Of a stretch of DNA of 64,000 bases, positions 1 to 10,246 are shown piece by piece. How positions within the stretch are numbered: the stretch's first letter is position 1; the number at the start of each line of letters is the position of its first letter. Location: positions 3,627-67,626 of the forward strand of contig CAZGUI010000004.1 of the NCBI GenBank assembly GCA_964528875.1. Reading direction: 5' to 3'. The translations under genes and the position numbers were made by a program. The DNA comes from an uncultured Bacteroides sp. (GTDB lineage: Bacteria; Bacteroidota; Bacteroidia; Bacteroidales; Bacteroidaceae). Below the pieces are notes generated by a model. The model ran no database searches and was not told the origin of the DNA. It saw only the letters and a program-made list of their open reading frames with translations.

Positions 1-1477
1 TTTTTTCTATGTTATAAATCAGATGTGTAGATTCTACTTTGGCTGTAGCATCATTCAATTGGATATTTGTTACTTCGTTTTGAACTTCTCCGTTTTTTGC
101 AAAATAAAGTAAAGCCTCATTTAGTTTGTTTTTCGGAGTGGCATAGATTAGGGATAGGATTTTTTCTTTTGACTCTCCCATAAAATAGTGAATGGTTTCT
201 CCATTCATTTTGTCATTATCTATGGTATATTTACAGTACAAACTGTCTGTGTTGATTTTTGAATCTAAAACAGGAATGCGATTTAAAATGTATTCATCTC
301 CATTTTCAATCATTACTTGACGCCCTTGAATACTTTGAGGATACTCTCCCACAGGCATATATTCATAAGTTGCATCTAAGTAAAAAACTTCATCATTGAA
401 GAAAAGTGTACAAATCATATGATTATCAACAGATAAATTAGGTGTACTATAATCATACGCTATGTGATTAGTGCCTAACCAAGTGAGTCTGGCATCAAAA
501 CCAAGGCTTTCAAGTAAAGATTTAGTTAGATTGGCCATTCCTTTACAATCTCCATATTTCTTACGTAAAACTTCGTGTGCATCATCTGGCTTAAATCCGG
601 CTATTCCATCTTCAAAAGCTACGTATCGGATATTACTTTGTACCCAAGCAAAAACATCTTTAATTTTATCAAAATCATCTGTACTTTTTTGAGTGATTTC
701 TTTGGCTTTCTCTTCTATGATTTTCTTATCATTATGCACTTCATTTACAAGGTGTCTATACCACTGATACTGGTCTTTTAAGGTATCAAAATACACGGTT
801 CTAACTCCATTGACATTAGACTGCTTATTCAGAACTAAAATTAAAGGATAGATATGAGACACTCCTTGCATCATAGACTCACTAACTATGGCTTCCTGGT
901 TTTCCATGGTATAAATATAGATCTGAGCATTTGTTTTAGGGTCTATTTCTACAGTTTTTTGGATACTTCCATTCATATTGTAATCCACCAATTCACACTC
1001 CATCCATTCCGGAACTACAATACGGACGGTTTTATTCTTTATGTAATATCCATACTCTAACAACGGAATAACCGTGAAATAACGTGGGTCCTTGAATGTT
1101 TTTTCAAATTCCAAACGTCCGGACTTTCCCTTTTTATCAAAATGCAGATCTATGTAACAGACCTTTGCATCAGTGTAAAATATTTCATTCGATTTATATA
1201 ATTGATATTGAGGATCTAACCCTTTGATACTCCGTACTCTTACTTTGTCAATGGTCGATTCATTGTCGTACATCTCATAAACAGAAGTATTGGTAGCCAT
1301 TCGTGTAGCTTCAAATGTAGTTTCATATTTCTCTTTGATCACCACATTTCCTTTTTCTAAAATGTACTCGTAGGTAACGTCTTTTTGTGTGATTATTACA
1401 TTATCATCATCCGTTTGACCAAAAATATATGAATGGGATAGAAATAAGAAAACAAATAGAATATTAAATTTGAACAT
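1..1477 (-). CDS. Transglutaminase-like (DUF3857-type) secreted protein; 3' end cut by the window edge
   Basis: Absent from the ORF track because there is no in-window stop. My own minus-strand translation from ATG at 1477 runs open to position 2. It starts MFKFNILFVFLFLSHSYIFGQ (signal peptide) and contains LRKKYGDCKGMANLTKSLLESLGF (transglutaminase-core Cys motif, around 520-570). The + ORFs at 471-1060 lie antisense inside it. Confidence 0.7.
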   Translation of the reverse strand, partial: MFKFNILFVFLFLSHSYIFGQTDDDNVIITQKDVTYEYILEKGNVVIKEKYETTFEATRMATNTSVYEMYDNESTIDKVRVRSIKGLDPQYQLYKSNEIFYTDAKVCYIDLHFDKKGKSGRLEFEKTFKDPRYFTVIPLLEYGYYIKNKTVRIVVPEWMECELVDYNMNGSIQKTVEIDPKTNAQIYIYTMENQEAIVSESMMQGVSHIYPLILVLNKQSNVNGVRTVYFDTLKDQYQWYRHLVNEVHNDKKIIEEKAKEITQKSTDDFDKIKDVFAWVQSNIRYVAFEDGIAGFKPDDAHEVLRKKYGDCKGMANLTKSLLESLGFDARLTWLGTNHIAYDYSTPNLSVDNHMICTLFFNDEVFYLDATYEYMPVGEYPQSIQGRQVMIENGDEYILNRIPVLDSKINTDSLYCKYTIDNDKMNGETIHYFMGESKEKILSLIYATPKNKLNEALLYFAKNGEVQNEVTNIQLNDATAKVESTHLIYNIEK

Positions 1478-1734
1478 ATTATTCCCTGAACTAGATTAAT
1501 AAATAATAAAAAAATAGGTGGTTTTTTATATTATATATGATAATCTAATATACCGCATCTACCCTATTTCTTCTGAAAGATAGACATTTTTTTGAAAAAT
1601 AAGTAAAATATTATAAAAAGAGTTCACCTCATGTATTCACATATAAAAATCAACATCTATTACTTAAAAGTAAATTGATACGCAAGACCTTTATATATGT
1701 AAATAAGTTCTCTAAATATTCACATTTTTACTCA

Positions 1735-2634
1735 TCAGAAAATCTTTTTATAGCTGTGACAATAAGGTAATTGTCCTCTTTTTTCATAATAATCTTGATG
1801 GTAGTCTTCAGCTATCCAGAAAGTCGTTACATCTGTTAATTGTGTGGCTACTTTATAGCCCTTCTCTGTTAAAAGAAGAATATATTTCTCTGCTGTTTCT
1901 TTTTCTTCCTCGTTATTATAAAAAATATAAGATAAATATTGAGAGCCTATATCCGGTCCTTGCCCATTAATCTGAGTAAAATCATGTGTTTCAAAAAAAT
2001 ATTGCACCAACTCTTCATAGCTAATCTTTTCAGGGAGATAAATTACCTCAATGACTTCTATATGCCCTGTGTTTCCTGTGCAAACCTCTTTATAAGTAGG
2101 TGATTTAGTATTTCCTCCCATATAACCTACACTTGTTGATTCTACTCCATTTAATTGTTGAAAATAGTATTCAGTACCCCAAAAACAACCTGAGCCAAAA
2201 TAAGCTTTAGAAAAGGTTTCTGAAGGTGTTCCAATAAACCTCATAGATAATGAATTTACACAATGCCTGGTATTTTTAGATGTAAATCCTTCCCCTATGA
2301 ACACATGACCCAAATGTCCTTTACATTGAGCACATACAATTTCTGTGCGCATGCCATCAGCATCAGGAATACGTTCAACCGCCCCATCAATTTCTTCGTC
2401 AAATGAAGGCCATCCACAATTAGAATCAAATTTACTCTCCGATTTATATAGTGGTGCATCACACTGCTTACAGATATAGATTCCTTGAGCTGTATTATAT
2501 AGTAACTCTCCTGTTCCGGGATACTCTGTTCCTTTATATTTGATAATAGACTCTTCTTTGGGAGTGAGTTTATTTAGTTTTAATTTGTCCATAGCTGTTT
2601 TAATTTTTAGTTGTTTTTTTAGCCCATGAATCAT
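1735..2634 (-). CDS. msrAB: Bifunctional methionine sulfoxide reductase, MsrB domain followed by MsrA domain
   Basis: N-terminal half has the SelR/MsrB motifs CKQCDAPLY, GWPSF and CAQCKGHLGHVF. C-terminal half has the MsrA motif GSGCFWGTEYYF. The real start may be the internal MDKLKL (ATG at 2592). Confidence 0.9.
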   Translation of the reverse strand: MIHGLKKQLKIKTAMDKLKLNKLTPKEESIIKYKGTEYPGTGELLYNTAQGIYICKQCDAPLYKSESKFDSNCGWPSFDEEIDGAVERIPDADGMRTEIVCAQCKGHLGHVFIGEGFTSKNTRHCVNSLSMRFIGTPSETFSKAYFGSGCFWGTEYYFQQLNGVESTSVGYMGGNTKSPTYKEVCTGNTGHIEVIEVIYLPEKISYEELVQYFFETHDFTQINGQGPDIGSQYLSYIFYNNEEEKETAEKYILLLTEKGYKVATQLTDVTTFWIAEDYHQDYYEKRGQLPYCHSYKKIF

Positions 2635-2775
2635 TTAAACCCTTTTATCGTAAATAATGTTCTAGTGAAAGATTGAACATTGTATCTATTAATATAAAAT
2701 AGTTGTCTTTTTTTGTTAAAGAAAAAAAAGTACCTATCTTTCTATCCTATACTTATAAATTAAAACTTGAATAAT

Positions 2776-3027
2776 ATGGAAGAGATGGAAAGCAGACTAG
2801 AGAATAAATCAGTGGTTAGTCTAGGTGATTGGTTAATTACTATGGTTATTATGATTATTCCTCTAGTAAACTTTATTATGCTGTTTGTATGGGCTTTTAG
2901 TAGTAGTACACCGGTAAGTAAAGCTAATTGGGCTAAAGCCTCATTAGTTTTTATGCTTATTGGTTTTGTTCTTCTCCTGTTGTTCTGGGGTTCAATAGCT
3001 GCCATGGTTGTTGGAGCATCATTATAA
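2776..3027 (+). CDS. Small hydrophobic membrane protein, unknown function
   Basis: The track ORF starts at a TTG (2767); the first ATG is at 2776. Two clear TM helices (WLITMVIMIIPLVNFIMLFVWAF and LVFMLIGFVLLLLFWGSIAAMVV). A hairpin plus T-run terminator follows at 3052-3081. Preferred over the antisense ORF 2760-3005. Confidence 0.55.
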   Translation: MEEMESRLENKSVVSLGDWLITMVIMIIPLVNFIMLFVWAFSSSTPVSKANWAKASLVFMLIGFVLLLLFWGSIAAMVVGASL

Positions 3028-3051
3028 CTAAGTTTATACCTACAAGAAAAA

Positions 3052-3081
3052 GGCTAAAGATATATTTCTTTGGCTTTTTTT
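3052..3081. terminator. Intrinsic terminator, usable in both directions
   Basis: GGCTAAAGA (3052-3060) pairs with TCTTTGGC (3067-3074) with one G-U pair. A T7 run follows on + and an A-run precedes it. Confidence 0.6.
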
Positions 3082-3231
3082 ATTATTGTCAAAGTTGAAT
3101 ATCAAAACTGATGAATTTTGTATATAAAAACAGGGTGAGTTCTCTTTGTTAGCAAATAGATCAGACAAATCAAAAATACAGCAAAAAAGAGTTTGTTTAC
3201 TGTGTACAAAAGAGTCGGAATTTCAGATACT

Positions 3232-3345
3232 AAACTATTTAAAATAAAGAAGGAGCAACGCTTTGCTCCAATCTTGTTAACCTTAAATCTAATACTATGA
3301 AAAACACAGTACAAATATAAGTGTACATTGACACTTATGCAAATA
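3232..3345 (-). repeat. 114-bp direct repeat, copy 1 (promoter-like boxes plus hairpin/U-tract)
   Basis: Identical base for base to 4170-4283. On the minus strand it reads TTTG-N20-TATATTTG, then about 60 nt later GGAGCAA-AGCG-TTGCTCC followed by TTCTTTATTTT. Confidence 0.95.
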
Positions 3346-3412
3346 ATTCCTAGAAAGAAGTGATCTAAGTAACATTTATTAAGAAACTCACATCTTTTCA
3401 TTGATATTTTAA

Positions 3413-3447
3413 CAAAAAGAGCAAGGATTATTTATTTCCTTGCTCTT
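3413..3447 (-). terminator. Intrinsic terminator of the FMN reductase gene
   Basis: AGAGCAAGGA (3418-3427) pairs with TCCTTGCTCT (3438-3447). On the minus strand the stem is followed by TTTTTG. It lies 24 nt past the stop at 3471. Confidence 0.65.
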
Positions 3448-3470
3448 AATCTTTATATCTGATAGAGAAC

Positions 3471-4025
3471 TTAATATTTTTTCATATAATCAATCCATTC
3501 AGTATATGCTTGTACATACTTCTTCAGAAACGCAAGTGTACCTTCATTCGCAATAGTATCATCTACTATAGCATTAACAATATTACCTAAATAGCACTCA
3601 GGTTGTTGCATGGTCGGAACATTTAACACAGTAAGTACTTGTCTTAAATGATGATTAGCACCAAACGCACCAATTGGTCCGGGTGAGACACTAATGATTC
3701 CGGCGGGTTTTTTACTCCATACCGCTTTACCTACAGGCCTTGAGCCAATATCTAATGCATTTTTCAATAATGTTGGAATGGATCGATTGTGTTCAGGAGT
3801 GATAAAAAGCAAAGCATCCATTGATTCTATTTCTTCCTTAAACTCAATGTATTCTTTAGGATAATCCGCATCATAGTCTTGATTATACAAGGGAAGATGA
3901 TCAATTTTTATGATATGAATCTCATAATTGGATGGCATAAAATCCACTACACAATTTGCTACACATTTAGTAAATGCTCCTATTCTATTACTTCCTAGTA
4001 AAACTCCTACTTTCATTTTTCCCAT
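3471..4025 (-). CDS. NADPH-dependent FMN reductase family oxidoreductase
   Basis: 184 aa. Flavodoxin-like N-terminus MKVGVLLGSNRIGAFT, then LFITPEHNRSIP and KPAGIISVSPGPIGAFGANHHLRQVL, typical of the NAD(P)H-dependent FMN reductase fold. Confidence 0.85.
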   Translation of the reverse strand: MGKMKVGVLLGSNRIGAFTKCVANCVVDFMPSNYEIHIIKIDHLPLYNQDYDADYPKEYIEFKEEIESMDALLFITPEHNRSIPTLLKNALDIGSRPVGKAVWSKKPAGIISVSPGPIGAFGANHHLRQVLTVLNVPTMQQPECYLGNIVNAIVDDTIANEGTLAFLKKYVQAYTEWIDYMKKY

Positions 4026-4169
4026 AAAATTAAATTTAAGTCAGTATTATGTGTCTTTATTATTAAAACATTTAGTATCAGTATATGACACAACAAGTTT
4101 ATAACGATTCTTTGTAAAACAGAGAACCGTTCCATAAATATAGGAATAAATGAGGATAATAAGAATAGA

Positions 4170-4283
4170 AAACTATTTAAAATAAAGAAGGAGCAACGCT
4201 TTGCTCCAATCTTGTTAACCTTAAATCTAATACTATGAAAAACACAGTACAAATATAAGTGTACATTGACACTTATGCAAATA
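4170..4283 (-). repeat. 114-bp direct repeat, copy 2, upstream of the FMN reductase gene
   Basis: Identical to 3232-3345. It ends 145 nt upstream of the reductase ATG (4025). I found no other TAnnTTTG box in between. Confidence 0.95.
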
Positions 4284-4492
4284 TCTAAGACAAAAAGGGC
4301 TTCTTTCTAACTTAATTTAATAAATACAAGATAGGATGCTGATTATTTTAACCAATATTTCTATTTGTATCCTTTTGTTACTAAATACAAGGTTCTTTGT
4401 AGGCTAGGCTAATAGAATGTTTATAATATATCTTTGATCATTGATAACAGATAAAAAGCAAAAAGAGAATCATTTGATCCTCTCTCCTTCTT

Positions 4493-5824
4493 TTATTCTA
4501 TAACAATGGGATATCCTCTATAAAAGTCTAGTATTTTGGCTCGAAATAAGAAATCATACTTTGCTTGAACTTGTTCAGACTGACTACTGACATATTTCAA
4601 TTTAGCTTCATTAAACTCAACTACTGTTGATCGACCTACATTGTATTTTTCTTGTGCGTAATGATATGCTTCTTTAGCGGCTTCCATAGCTCTTTCCGTA
4701 TAGTCATATTTAATTTGAGAAGCAATGGCACTTTGATGTGCCTGTTGTATTTCTTTATAAAACCCTTGCTTAACGTAATCTAATTCTAGATTTCTATTTA
4801 AGATCATCAGACGTGCTTCTTTTACACGGTTACGTGTTTGAAATCGATTAAATATGGGAATATTCAAATTGAAACTAAGTACTTCACTAGAGTTATCTCT
4901 TAACTGACGTTTGAATATAGTGTTTTTAGCTCCCGTAATTCGCCCATAACCGGTACCATAGCTCATACCAAAGCTGAGAGTTGGCCAAAAAGCTGACTGT
5001 GCAACTTTTAATCTGCTTTTCTCGCCCTCCAATCTAAAAGAAGCTTCTTTAATATGGGGTTTAATTTGAATAGCTTGTCTGTATATTTCTTCCGGGGGAA
5101 GGATACTACTTATATTATCAGAAATGACATCATCAATATGAGGTTCTTGTATATCAAAGCTATTTAGATCACGTACATTTAAAGCTTGAGCTAAGTCTAA
5201 AAGAGAAGCATCCAGATTATTTTTTGCGTTTTGTCTGTTTAACTCATCATTCGCTAATTGAGCTTTGATGTCATAGAGCTGAGCTAAGGGTACTTTATCT
5301 GCCTCATAAAGTAATCTGGTTTTTTCAACCTGTTCTTTAGTTTGTTCAACTTGTTCATCAGAAATTAGTATGAGCTCTTTTTTAAACAGAACATCAAGAA
5401 ATAAAGTAGTAACTTGAATTTCTAAATTTTCTTTTGCCTTATTAAGTCCTTCAACAGCTGCTTGCAAATCCAGTTTACTCGCTTTTATTTCATTGGGTAT
5501 TCTGAGACCTGTAAATAAGGGCACAGAAGAACGAAGACTAAAGTTACTAGACAAGGAGTTTCTACTTTCAGAGATTTGAGTAGCTACATTGGTAGATCTA
5601 CCAAAACTGAAGTTCTGTCCAACACCTGCGCTTAAATCAGGTAGACGACTGTATTGATTTGTCTTAACAGCTAAATCAGATTGGGCTACAGACACTTCCT
5701 GTTGTTTCAAACTAATATTGTTTTCTATAGCATATTCCACACACTGACGAAGGGTCCACTTGGATTGTGCAACCATGGAAAAAGATACAAATAATGCAGT
5801 GGCGAAAAGTAGTTTACGCTTCAT
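4493..5824 (-). CDS. TolC-family outer membrane efflux protein
   Basis: 443 aa with a signal peptide. Two-fold repeated coiled-coil/beta architecture, and the conserved start SKWTLRQCVEYAIENNISLKQ typical of Bacteroidota TolC-like OMPs. Last gene of the exporter operon. Confidence 0.9.
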   Translation of the reverse strand: MKRKLLFATALFVSFSMVAQSKWTLRQCVEYAIENNISLKQQEVSVAQSDLAVKTNQYSRLPDLSAGVGQNFSFGRSTNVATQISESRNSLSSNFSLRSSVPLFTGLRIPNEIKASKLDLQAAVEGLNKAKENLEIQVTTLFLDVLFKKELILISDEQVEQTKEQVEKTRLLYEADKVPLAQLYDIKAQLANDELNRQNAKNNLDASLLDLAQALNVRDLNSFDIQEPHIDDVISDNISSILPPEEIYRQAIQIKPHIKEASFRLEGEKSRLKVAQSAFWPTLSFGMSYGTGYGRITGAKNTIFKRQLRDNSSEVLSFNLNIPIFNRFQTRNRVKEARLMILNRNLELDYVKQGFYKEIQQAHQSAIASQIKYDYTERAMEAAKEAYHYAQEKYNVGRSTVVEFNEAKLKYVSSQSEQVQAKYDFLFRAKILDFYRGYPIVIE

Positions 5825-5843
5825 AATTGATTGGTTTCTTTAA

Positions 5844-6968
5844 TTATTTTTGAGCGTGTAATGCTTTCTTTTCAAAAATCTCATTACCTCGAATTTTCTC
5901 ATCTAAACTTAATCCCTCTTTTACTTCCACTTTGATGCCATCGGACAAACCAATGCGTATGGAACGTTTTTCAAACTCTTGTTTCTCTTCACTTGTCGAT
6001 TTCAACACATAAACGAAAGTTGAGTCACCCACAAATTCTATAGAGTTTTCGGGTACATGAAGAACATCTTCAACACGTGCCAGCACAATTTCAGCATTGG
6101 CACTATAGCCTGCACGAATTTTAATGGAATCAGGAATATTTGCGGCAGCCTTAATCTCAAATAAAATAGCACCACTCTCCTCTTTTCCTTTGGGTGAAAT
6201 GTATTCCAGTTCAGCATCGAAACTGTAGTTCTCTAATGCACCTATTGAGAGTTTAATAGGCATACCGGCATGAACACGTCCTACTTCTGTTTCATCCAAG
6301 TCTCCAATAAAAATCATATCTGTCATATCAGCAACCACAGCAATAGTAGTTCCTTCGTTAAATGTGTTCGATTGAATCACCGAATTACCCACTTTTACCG
6401 GAACATCTAAAATCATACCCGTAATGGTAGAACGAATTTGTGTATTACTGTATTGAGCTGTTTTAGAAGACATACCTGTACGCACAATATCAAAATTATC
6501 CTTAGCATTTTCCAATTCTTCCAATGCTTTTTTATAGTCAGCCTCCGATTGATCCATCTCTTCACGGGCAATCACTCCTTTTTCGAATAGCATTTTTTGA
6601 CGTTCGTACTCTGCTTGAATGCGGTTTAAATTGATTTCAGCCACATTTACGCGAGACTCAGAGCTATTTAGATCAATCATTTCAGGTACTACTTTTACGG
6701 TAGCAATGATATCACCCTCATTCACAAAATCTCCGGCTTCTTTCAGTACAGAAGAGATAATACCGGGAATCTGAGGTTTAATAAGTACCTCATCACGAGG
6801 AGCAACTTCACCTGTGGCAACAGAAGTATTTTCAATGTTTCCCTGTTCCACTTGTACTATTTCAAAAAATGTTTGTTGGGGCTTTGATTTACTCCAAAGC
6901 CAAACAAAAGTGCCTATAAACACTGCTCCAATAACAGTAAACACTAGAATTTTAAGAATCTTTCTCAT
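5844..6968 (-). CDS. Efflux periplasmic adaptor (HlyD/MacA-type membrane fusion protein)
   Basis: N-terminal TM anchor, lipoyl-like motifs (GEVAPRDEVLIKPQIPGIIS; GDIIATV), a coiled-coil hairpin and a beta-barrel region (ITGMILDVPVKVGNSV). Confidence 0.9.
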   Translation of the reverse strand: MRKILKILVFTVIGAVFIGTFVWLWSKSKPQQTFFEIVQVEQGNIENTSVATGEVAPRDEVLIKPQIPGIISSVLKEAGDFVNEGDIIATVKVVPEMIDLNSSESRVNVAEINLNRIQAEYERQKMLFEKGVIAREEMDQSEADYKKALEELENAKDNFDIVRTGMSSKTAQYSNTQIRSTITGMILDVPVKVGNSVIQSNTFNEGTTIAVVADMTDMIFIGDLDETEVGRVHAGMPIKLSIGALENYSFDAELEYISPKGKEESGAILFEIKAAANIPDSIKIRAGYSANAEIVLARVEDVLHVPENSIEFVGDSTFVYVLKSTSEEKQEFEKRSIRIGLSDGIKVEVKEGLSLDEKIRGNEIFEKKALHAQK

Positions 6969-7026
6969 TATTGTATCTTGTTTTATGTTTTCTATTTTCT
7001 TTATTTATCTGAATCGTTCTTTATTT

Positions 7027-8292
7027 CTATTCATCTCGAATAGCATCTATAGCTTTAATTTTCAAAGCTCTGTAAGCAGGCATTAATCCTGAGGCAATTC
7101 CAGAAATCACTAAAATGAGAATTGCAGTAGTAGCCACATTAAATGAAACAAATGGTTCAACAAAAAAGCTAAAGTCCTCACCTCCTCCAGTTGACATTGA
7201 CATCAGTGAACTTACTCCTTCCAGAACCAAAATACCAGCTATGAAACCAATGATTCCCGAAAGTGCAGTTAGTACAAAACTCTCACTTACAATTTGCATC
7301 ACTATGGTATAAGGTTTGGCTCCTATGGCCCTTCTTACCCCTATTTCTCGGGTTCGTTCTCTTACAGTAACCATCATAATATTACTTATGCCTATTATAC
7401 CTGATAGCAAAGCACCAATCCCCACAATCCATATCAAAAAGTCTACTCCTAAAAATAAATTGCTAAATAGCTTAAACTGTTTCTCGATATTAAAAGAGTG
7501 TAATGCTTTTGTATCTTCGGGCGCTATGTGGTTTGCCATTTTCAGAATCGTAGAGACTTGATCTTCAACCACAGAAGCTGCTATGCCTGGTTTTGCAGTA
7601 CAAGCCAAGAAGTGTACTATTTCTCCTTGATTAAAGGTTAGCTGCATAGTGCGAAAAGGAATAAAAATACTCTCTTCAGGTCTTCCTCCAATAGATGCTT
7701 TAGATTTGGGGCTAATAACCCCTATCACTTGAAAATAAATTCCATTTAATCGAATAACCTGACCGATTGGGTCTTCCCCCACACTGAAAAGAGTTTCGTA
7801 TACTGTTTCTCCTATAACACAGACCTTTCGGGTATCTTTATTATCCAGCTGATTAATTAAACGTCCTTGTAACAGATGCATCTGCTCAATTTGAAAGTGT
7901 TCACCATAAACTCCACGATAACCATACGATCCGGATTTCATTCCACGAACCACATTTTTATCTCCACCTCCACCAAACAGCATAGGAGAAATTAAATCTA
8001 CTGTGTTACCACGTTCTCTAATCAAATCCACATCTTTATTTGTAATGTTCCACCACCTGCCTTTACGAAAACCTTTATAAGCCACACTGGTGCGTCCGGA
8101 GCTAAAGAAACAAGAATTTGAAGCAAATCCTTCAAAGTTTTGTAACATACCTCCTTGAAAAGCATTGCCCATACCTATCAGAATGATAAGCATAAATAAT
8201 CCCCAAAACACACCAAAACCAGTCAAGAAACTTCTCAACTTATTTCGGGTAATGGTAGCCCATATTTCACTCCAGCTATCTAAATCAAACAT
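7027..8292 (-). CDS. ABC transporter permease, FtsX/MacB type
   Basis: MacB_PCD-type periplasmic domain between TM1 and TM2. C-terminal FtsX motifs VRERTREIGVRRAIGA and PAYRALKIKAIDAIRDE. Confidence 0.9.
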   Translation of the reverse strand: MFDLDSWSEIWATITRNKLRSFLTGFGVFWGLFMLIILIGMGNAFQGGMLQNFEGFASNSCFFSSGRTSVAYKGFRKGRWWNITNKDVDLIRERGNTVDLISPMLFGGGGDKNVVRGMKSGSYGYRGVYGEHFQIEQMHLLQGRLINQLDNKDTRKVCVIGETVYETLFSVGEDPIGQVIRLNGIYFQVIGVISPKSKASIGGRPEESIFIPFRTMQLTFNQGEIVHFLACTAKPGIAASVVEDQVSTILKMANHIAPEDTKALHSFNIEKQFKLFSNLFLGVDFLIWIVGIGALLSGIIGISNIMMVTVRERTREIGVRRAIGAKPYTIVMQIVSESFVLTALSGIIGFIAGILVLEGVSSLMSMSTGGGEDFSFFVEPFVSFNVATTAILILVISGIASGLMPAYRALKIKAIDAIRDE

Positions 8293-8303
8293 CTCTTTCT
8301 TTA

Positions 8304-9545
8304 TTATTCTGCTCTCATCGCTTCAATTGGACTTACTCGGGTTGCCTGTATAGCAGGAATTAATCCTGCTATTACGCCGCAAACAATTAAAAACAACGTT
8401 GCTAATACTACTGTTAATAAATCTACTGTTGGGTCTTTAAACATCGTTGTTCCATCCGAAGGCATATTATCTACTAAGGTAGCTACTCCTTCGGTTATGG
8501 CTACTCCAATTAATATCCCCACATAACCAGCCAATGTGGTAATCATAATAGACTCTAATATGATCAGTTTTAATATGGAAATAGGTTTGGCTCCCAAAGC
8601 TTTACGGATGCCTATTTCACGTGTACGTTCTTTTACTGTTATCAACATGATATTCCCAACACCTACTACTCCAGCCATTAAAGAGGCTATTCCAATAACA
8701 ATAACCACGAGTGTTATGGCATAGAACATACCTTGCATTTGAAGGGAGTCTTTAGCGGTGTTCCACACATACAAGGCAGACAGGTCAGTAGGTTCAAAAT
8801 ATTGTATTTTACTAATAGATTTACGTAAGTCTTTAATAAATAAATCGTTTTTTTCTTCTGTGTTCAAGTTAAGAACCGTAAAATCTATCCGATGAAAGCC
8901 ATAACCAAAACTGTATAACGTCTGAGCTGTTGTGAAGGGAATGTATGCCGGAGGATTACTAGAACCTTCTTCATCTTCGTAAACACCAACTATCTGATAA
9001 GTCAGATTATCTGCAATCACAAACTTTCCCATAGGGTTCTCTTCTGGAAAAAGCACTTTAGAAATATCATTATTGATTACAATGATTTTTCGTCGTTGTT
9101 CAATATCTATTTTATTGATAAAACGTCCTTTAGACATCTTAATATCAAAAATCTTAGAAGCGTCGGGCGAGACTCCATTCAGACGCCAAGAACCGTATTG
9201 ATTACCATAAGATAGCGTAACCGTTTTTCCAACCTGAGCCGATATATATTCCACTTCAGGCACTTGATTAGCAATAAAATTGTAAACCTTATTATCGAAT
9301 TTAATTCTGCGTACAGCAGGCATTCCTTTATAAGGCATGGATGTCCATCCGGGGAAAATAGTTACCGTGTTTTGAGCACGACCCGAAAAGTTGGATTGTA
9401 CTCCATTTTTAAGACCATTTCCTGCTCCTAACAGAATAATGAGCATTAATATACCCCAAGCCACAGCAACACCCGTAAGGAAGGTCCGTGCTTTATTCTT
9501 CTTTATAGTAGATGCTATTTCTCTAAACCAATCAAAGTCGAACAT
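8304..9545 (-). CDS. ABC transporter permease, FtsX/MacB type (second paralogue)
   Basis: Same architecture as the neighbouring permease: [16 protein letters not shown] and [17 protein letters not shown]. Confidence 0.9.
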   Translation of the reverse strand: MFDFDWFREIASTIKKNKARTFLTGVAVAWGILMLIILLGAGNGLKNGVQSNFSGRAQNTVTIFPGWTSMPYKGMPAVRRIKFDNKVYNFIANQVPEVEYISAQVGKTVTLSYGNQYGSWRLNGVSPDASKIFDIKMSKGRFINKIDIEQRRKIIVINNDISKVLFPEENPMGKFVIADNLTYQIVGVYEDEEGSSNPPAYIPFTTAQTLYSFGYGFHRIDFTVLNLNTEEKNDLFIKDLRKSISKIQYFEPTDLSALYVWNTAKDSLQMQGMFYAITLVVIVIGIASLMAGVVGVGNIMLITVKERTREIGIRKALGAKPISILKLIILESIMITTLAGYVGILIGVAITEGVATLVDNMPSDGTTMFKDPTVDLLTVVLATLFLIVCGVIAGLIPAIQATRVSPIEAMRAE

Positions 9546-10246
9546 TTGTCAATTGCTTCTTGAGGTGAATGTTGATGAACATCAATGGAACCTATGATAC
9601 CATCTTTTATATGTATAACTCGATCGGTAATATCTGCAACAGATTGCTCGTGAGTAACAATAATCATTGTTATTTTGCTCTCCATATTGATTTCTCTCAA
9701 TAGTCGCATCACTTCACGGGAAGTTTGGCTATCTAATGCTCCTGTGGGTTCATCAGCCAATATAACTTGAGGTTGAGAGATTAGAGCTCTAGCAATGGCC
9801 ACACGTTGTTTTTGTCCGCCTGATAGTTCATTGGGCATGTGATGAGCGTGTGATTTCAACCCCATTTGATCCAACAACTTTAATGCTAACTCATTTCTTT
9901 TCTTTCTTTTTACCCCTTGGTAAAACAAAGGAAGAGCTACATTTTCCATTGCATTTTTAAATGAAATTAGGTTGAACGACTGAAATACAAACCCTATTTT
10001 TTTATTTCTAATGCTTGCGGCTTCATTCTCCGACTGCTTACCTATTAATATCCCATCCAAATAGTAAGAACCGGAGTCGTAGCTATCTAATAAGCCCAAC
10101 ACATTCAACAGTGTGGATTTTCCTGATCCAGATGCACCCATAATGGACACAAATTCTCCTTTTTCAATAGATAAGTTAATTCCTTTTAATACGTGCAAGG
10201 GTGATGCACCAAAGTAAGTCTTATTTAAATCTCTTATTTCAATCAC
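9515..10246 (-). CDS. ABC transporter ATP-binding protein (MacB/LolD-type)
   Basis: Walker [10 protein letters not shown], signature [15 protein letters not shown], Walker [16 protein letters not shown] start. Overlaps the next gene by 31 nt. Confidence 0.92.
   Translation of the reverse strand: MIEIRDLNKTYFGASPLHVLKGINLSIEKGEFVSIMGASGSGKSTLLNVLGLLDSYDSGSYYLDGILIGKQSENEAASIRNKKIGFVFQSFNLISFKNAMENVALPLFYQGVKRKKRNELALKLLDQMGLKSHAHHMPNELSGGQKQRVAIARALISQPQVILADEPTGALDSQTSREVMRLLREINMESKITMIIVTHEQSVADITDRVIHIKDGIIGSIDVHQHSPQEAIDKCSTLIGLEK

Noticed and set aside
471-1060. Three + strand ORFs (471-692, 575-781, 854-1060).
   Set aside because: They lie antisense inside a long uninterrupted minus-strand frame (1-1477) that has a signal peptide and a transglutaminase-core motif. 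Their products are low-complexity shadow ORFs.
2760-3005. Minus-strand 81-aa ORF overlapping the small + strand membrane protein.
   Set aside because: The + strand ORF has clean TM helices and is followed by a + oriented hairpin plus T-run. The minus ORF has neither a promoter nor sensible composition.
3102-4252. ORFs 3102-3401 and 4013-4252 share the peptide MYCVFHSIRFKVNKIGAKRCSFFILNS and could be read as a duplicated small gene.
   Set aside because: The shared peptide is just the translation of the 114-bp repeat. The ORFs diverge outside the repeat, run across the promoter-like boxes and the hairpin, and have implausible composition. The repeat is better read as non-coding.
4395-4420. GTAGGCTAGGCT near 4400, considered as another degenerate copy of the GGTCTAGGACC motif.
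   Set aside because: It is only a loose match to one unit, with no second unit at 22-bp phasing and no flanking similarity.
6814-9597. Several + strand ORFs (6814-7086, 7115-7312, 7316-7561, 8165-8353, 8536-8724, 9391-9597) within the ABC exporter operon.
   Set aside because: All are antisense to well-supported FtsX, ATPase and adaptor genes. They are typical shadow frames with P/T/I-rich products.
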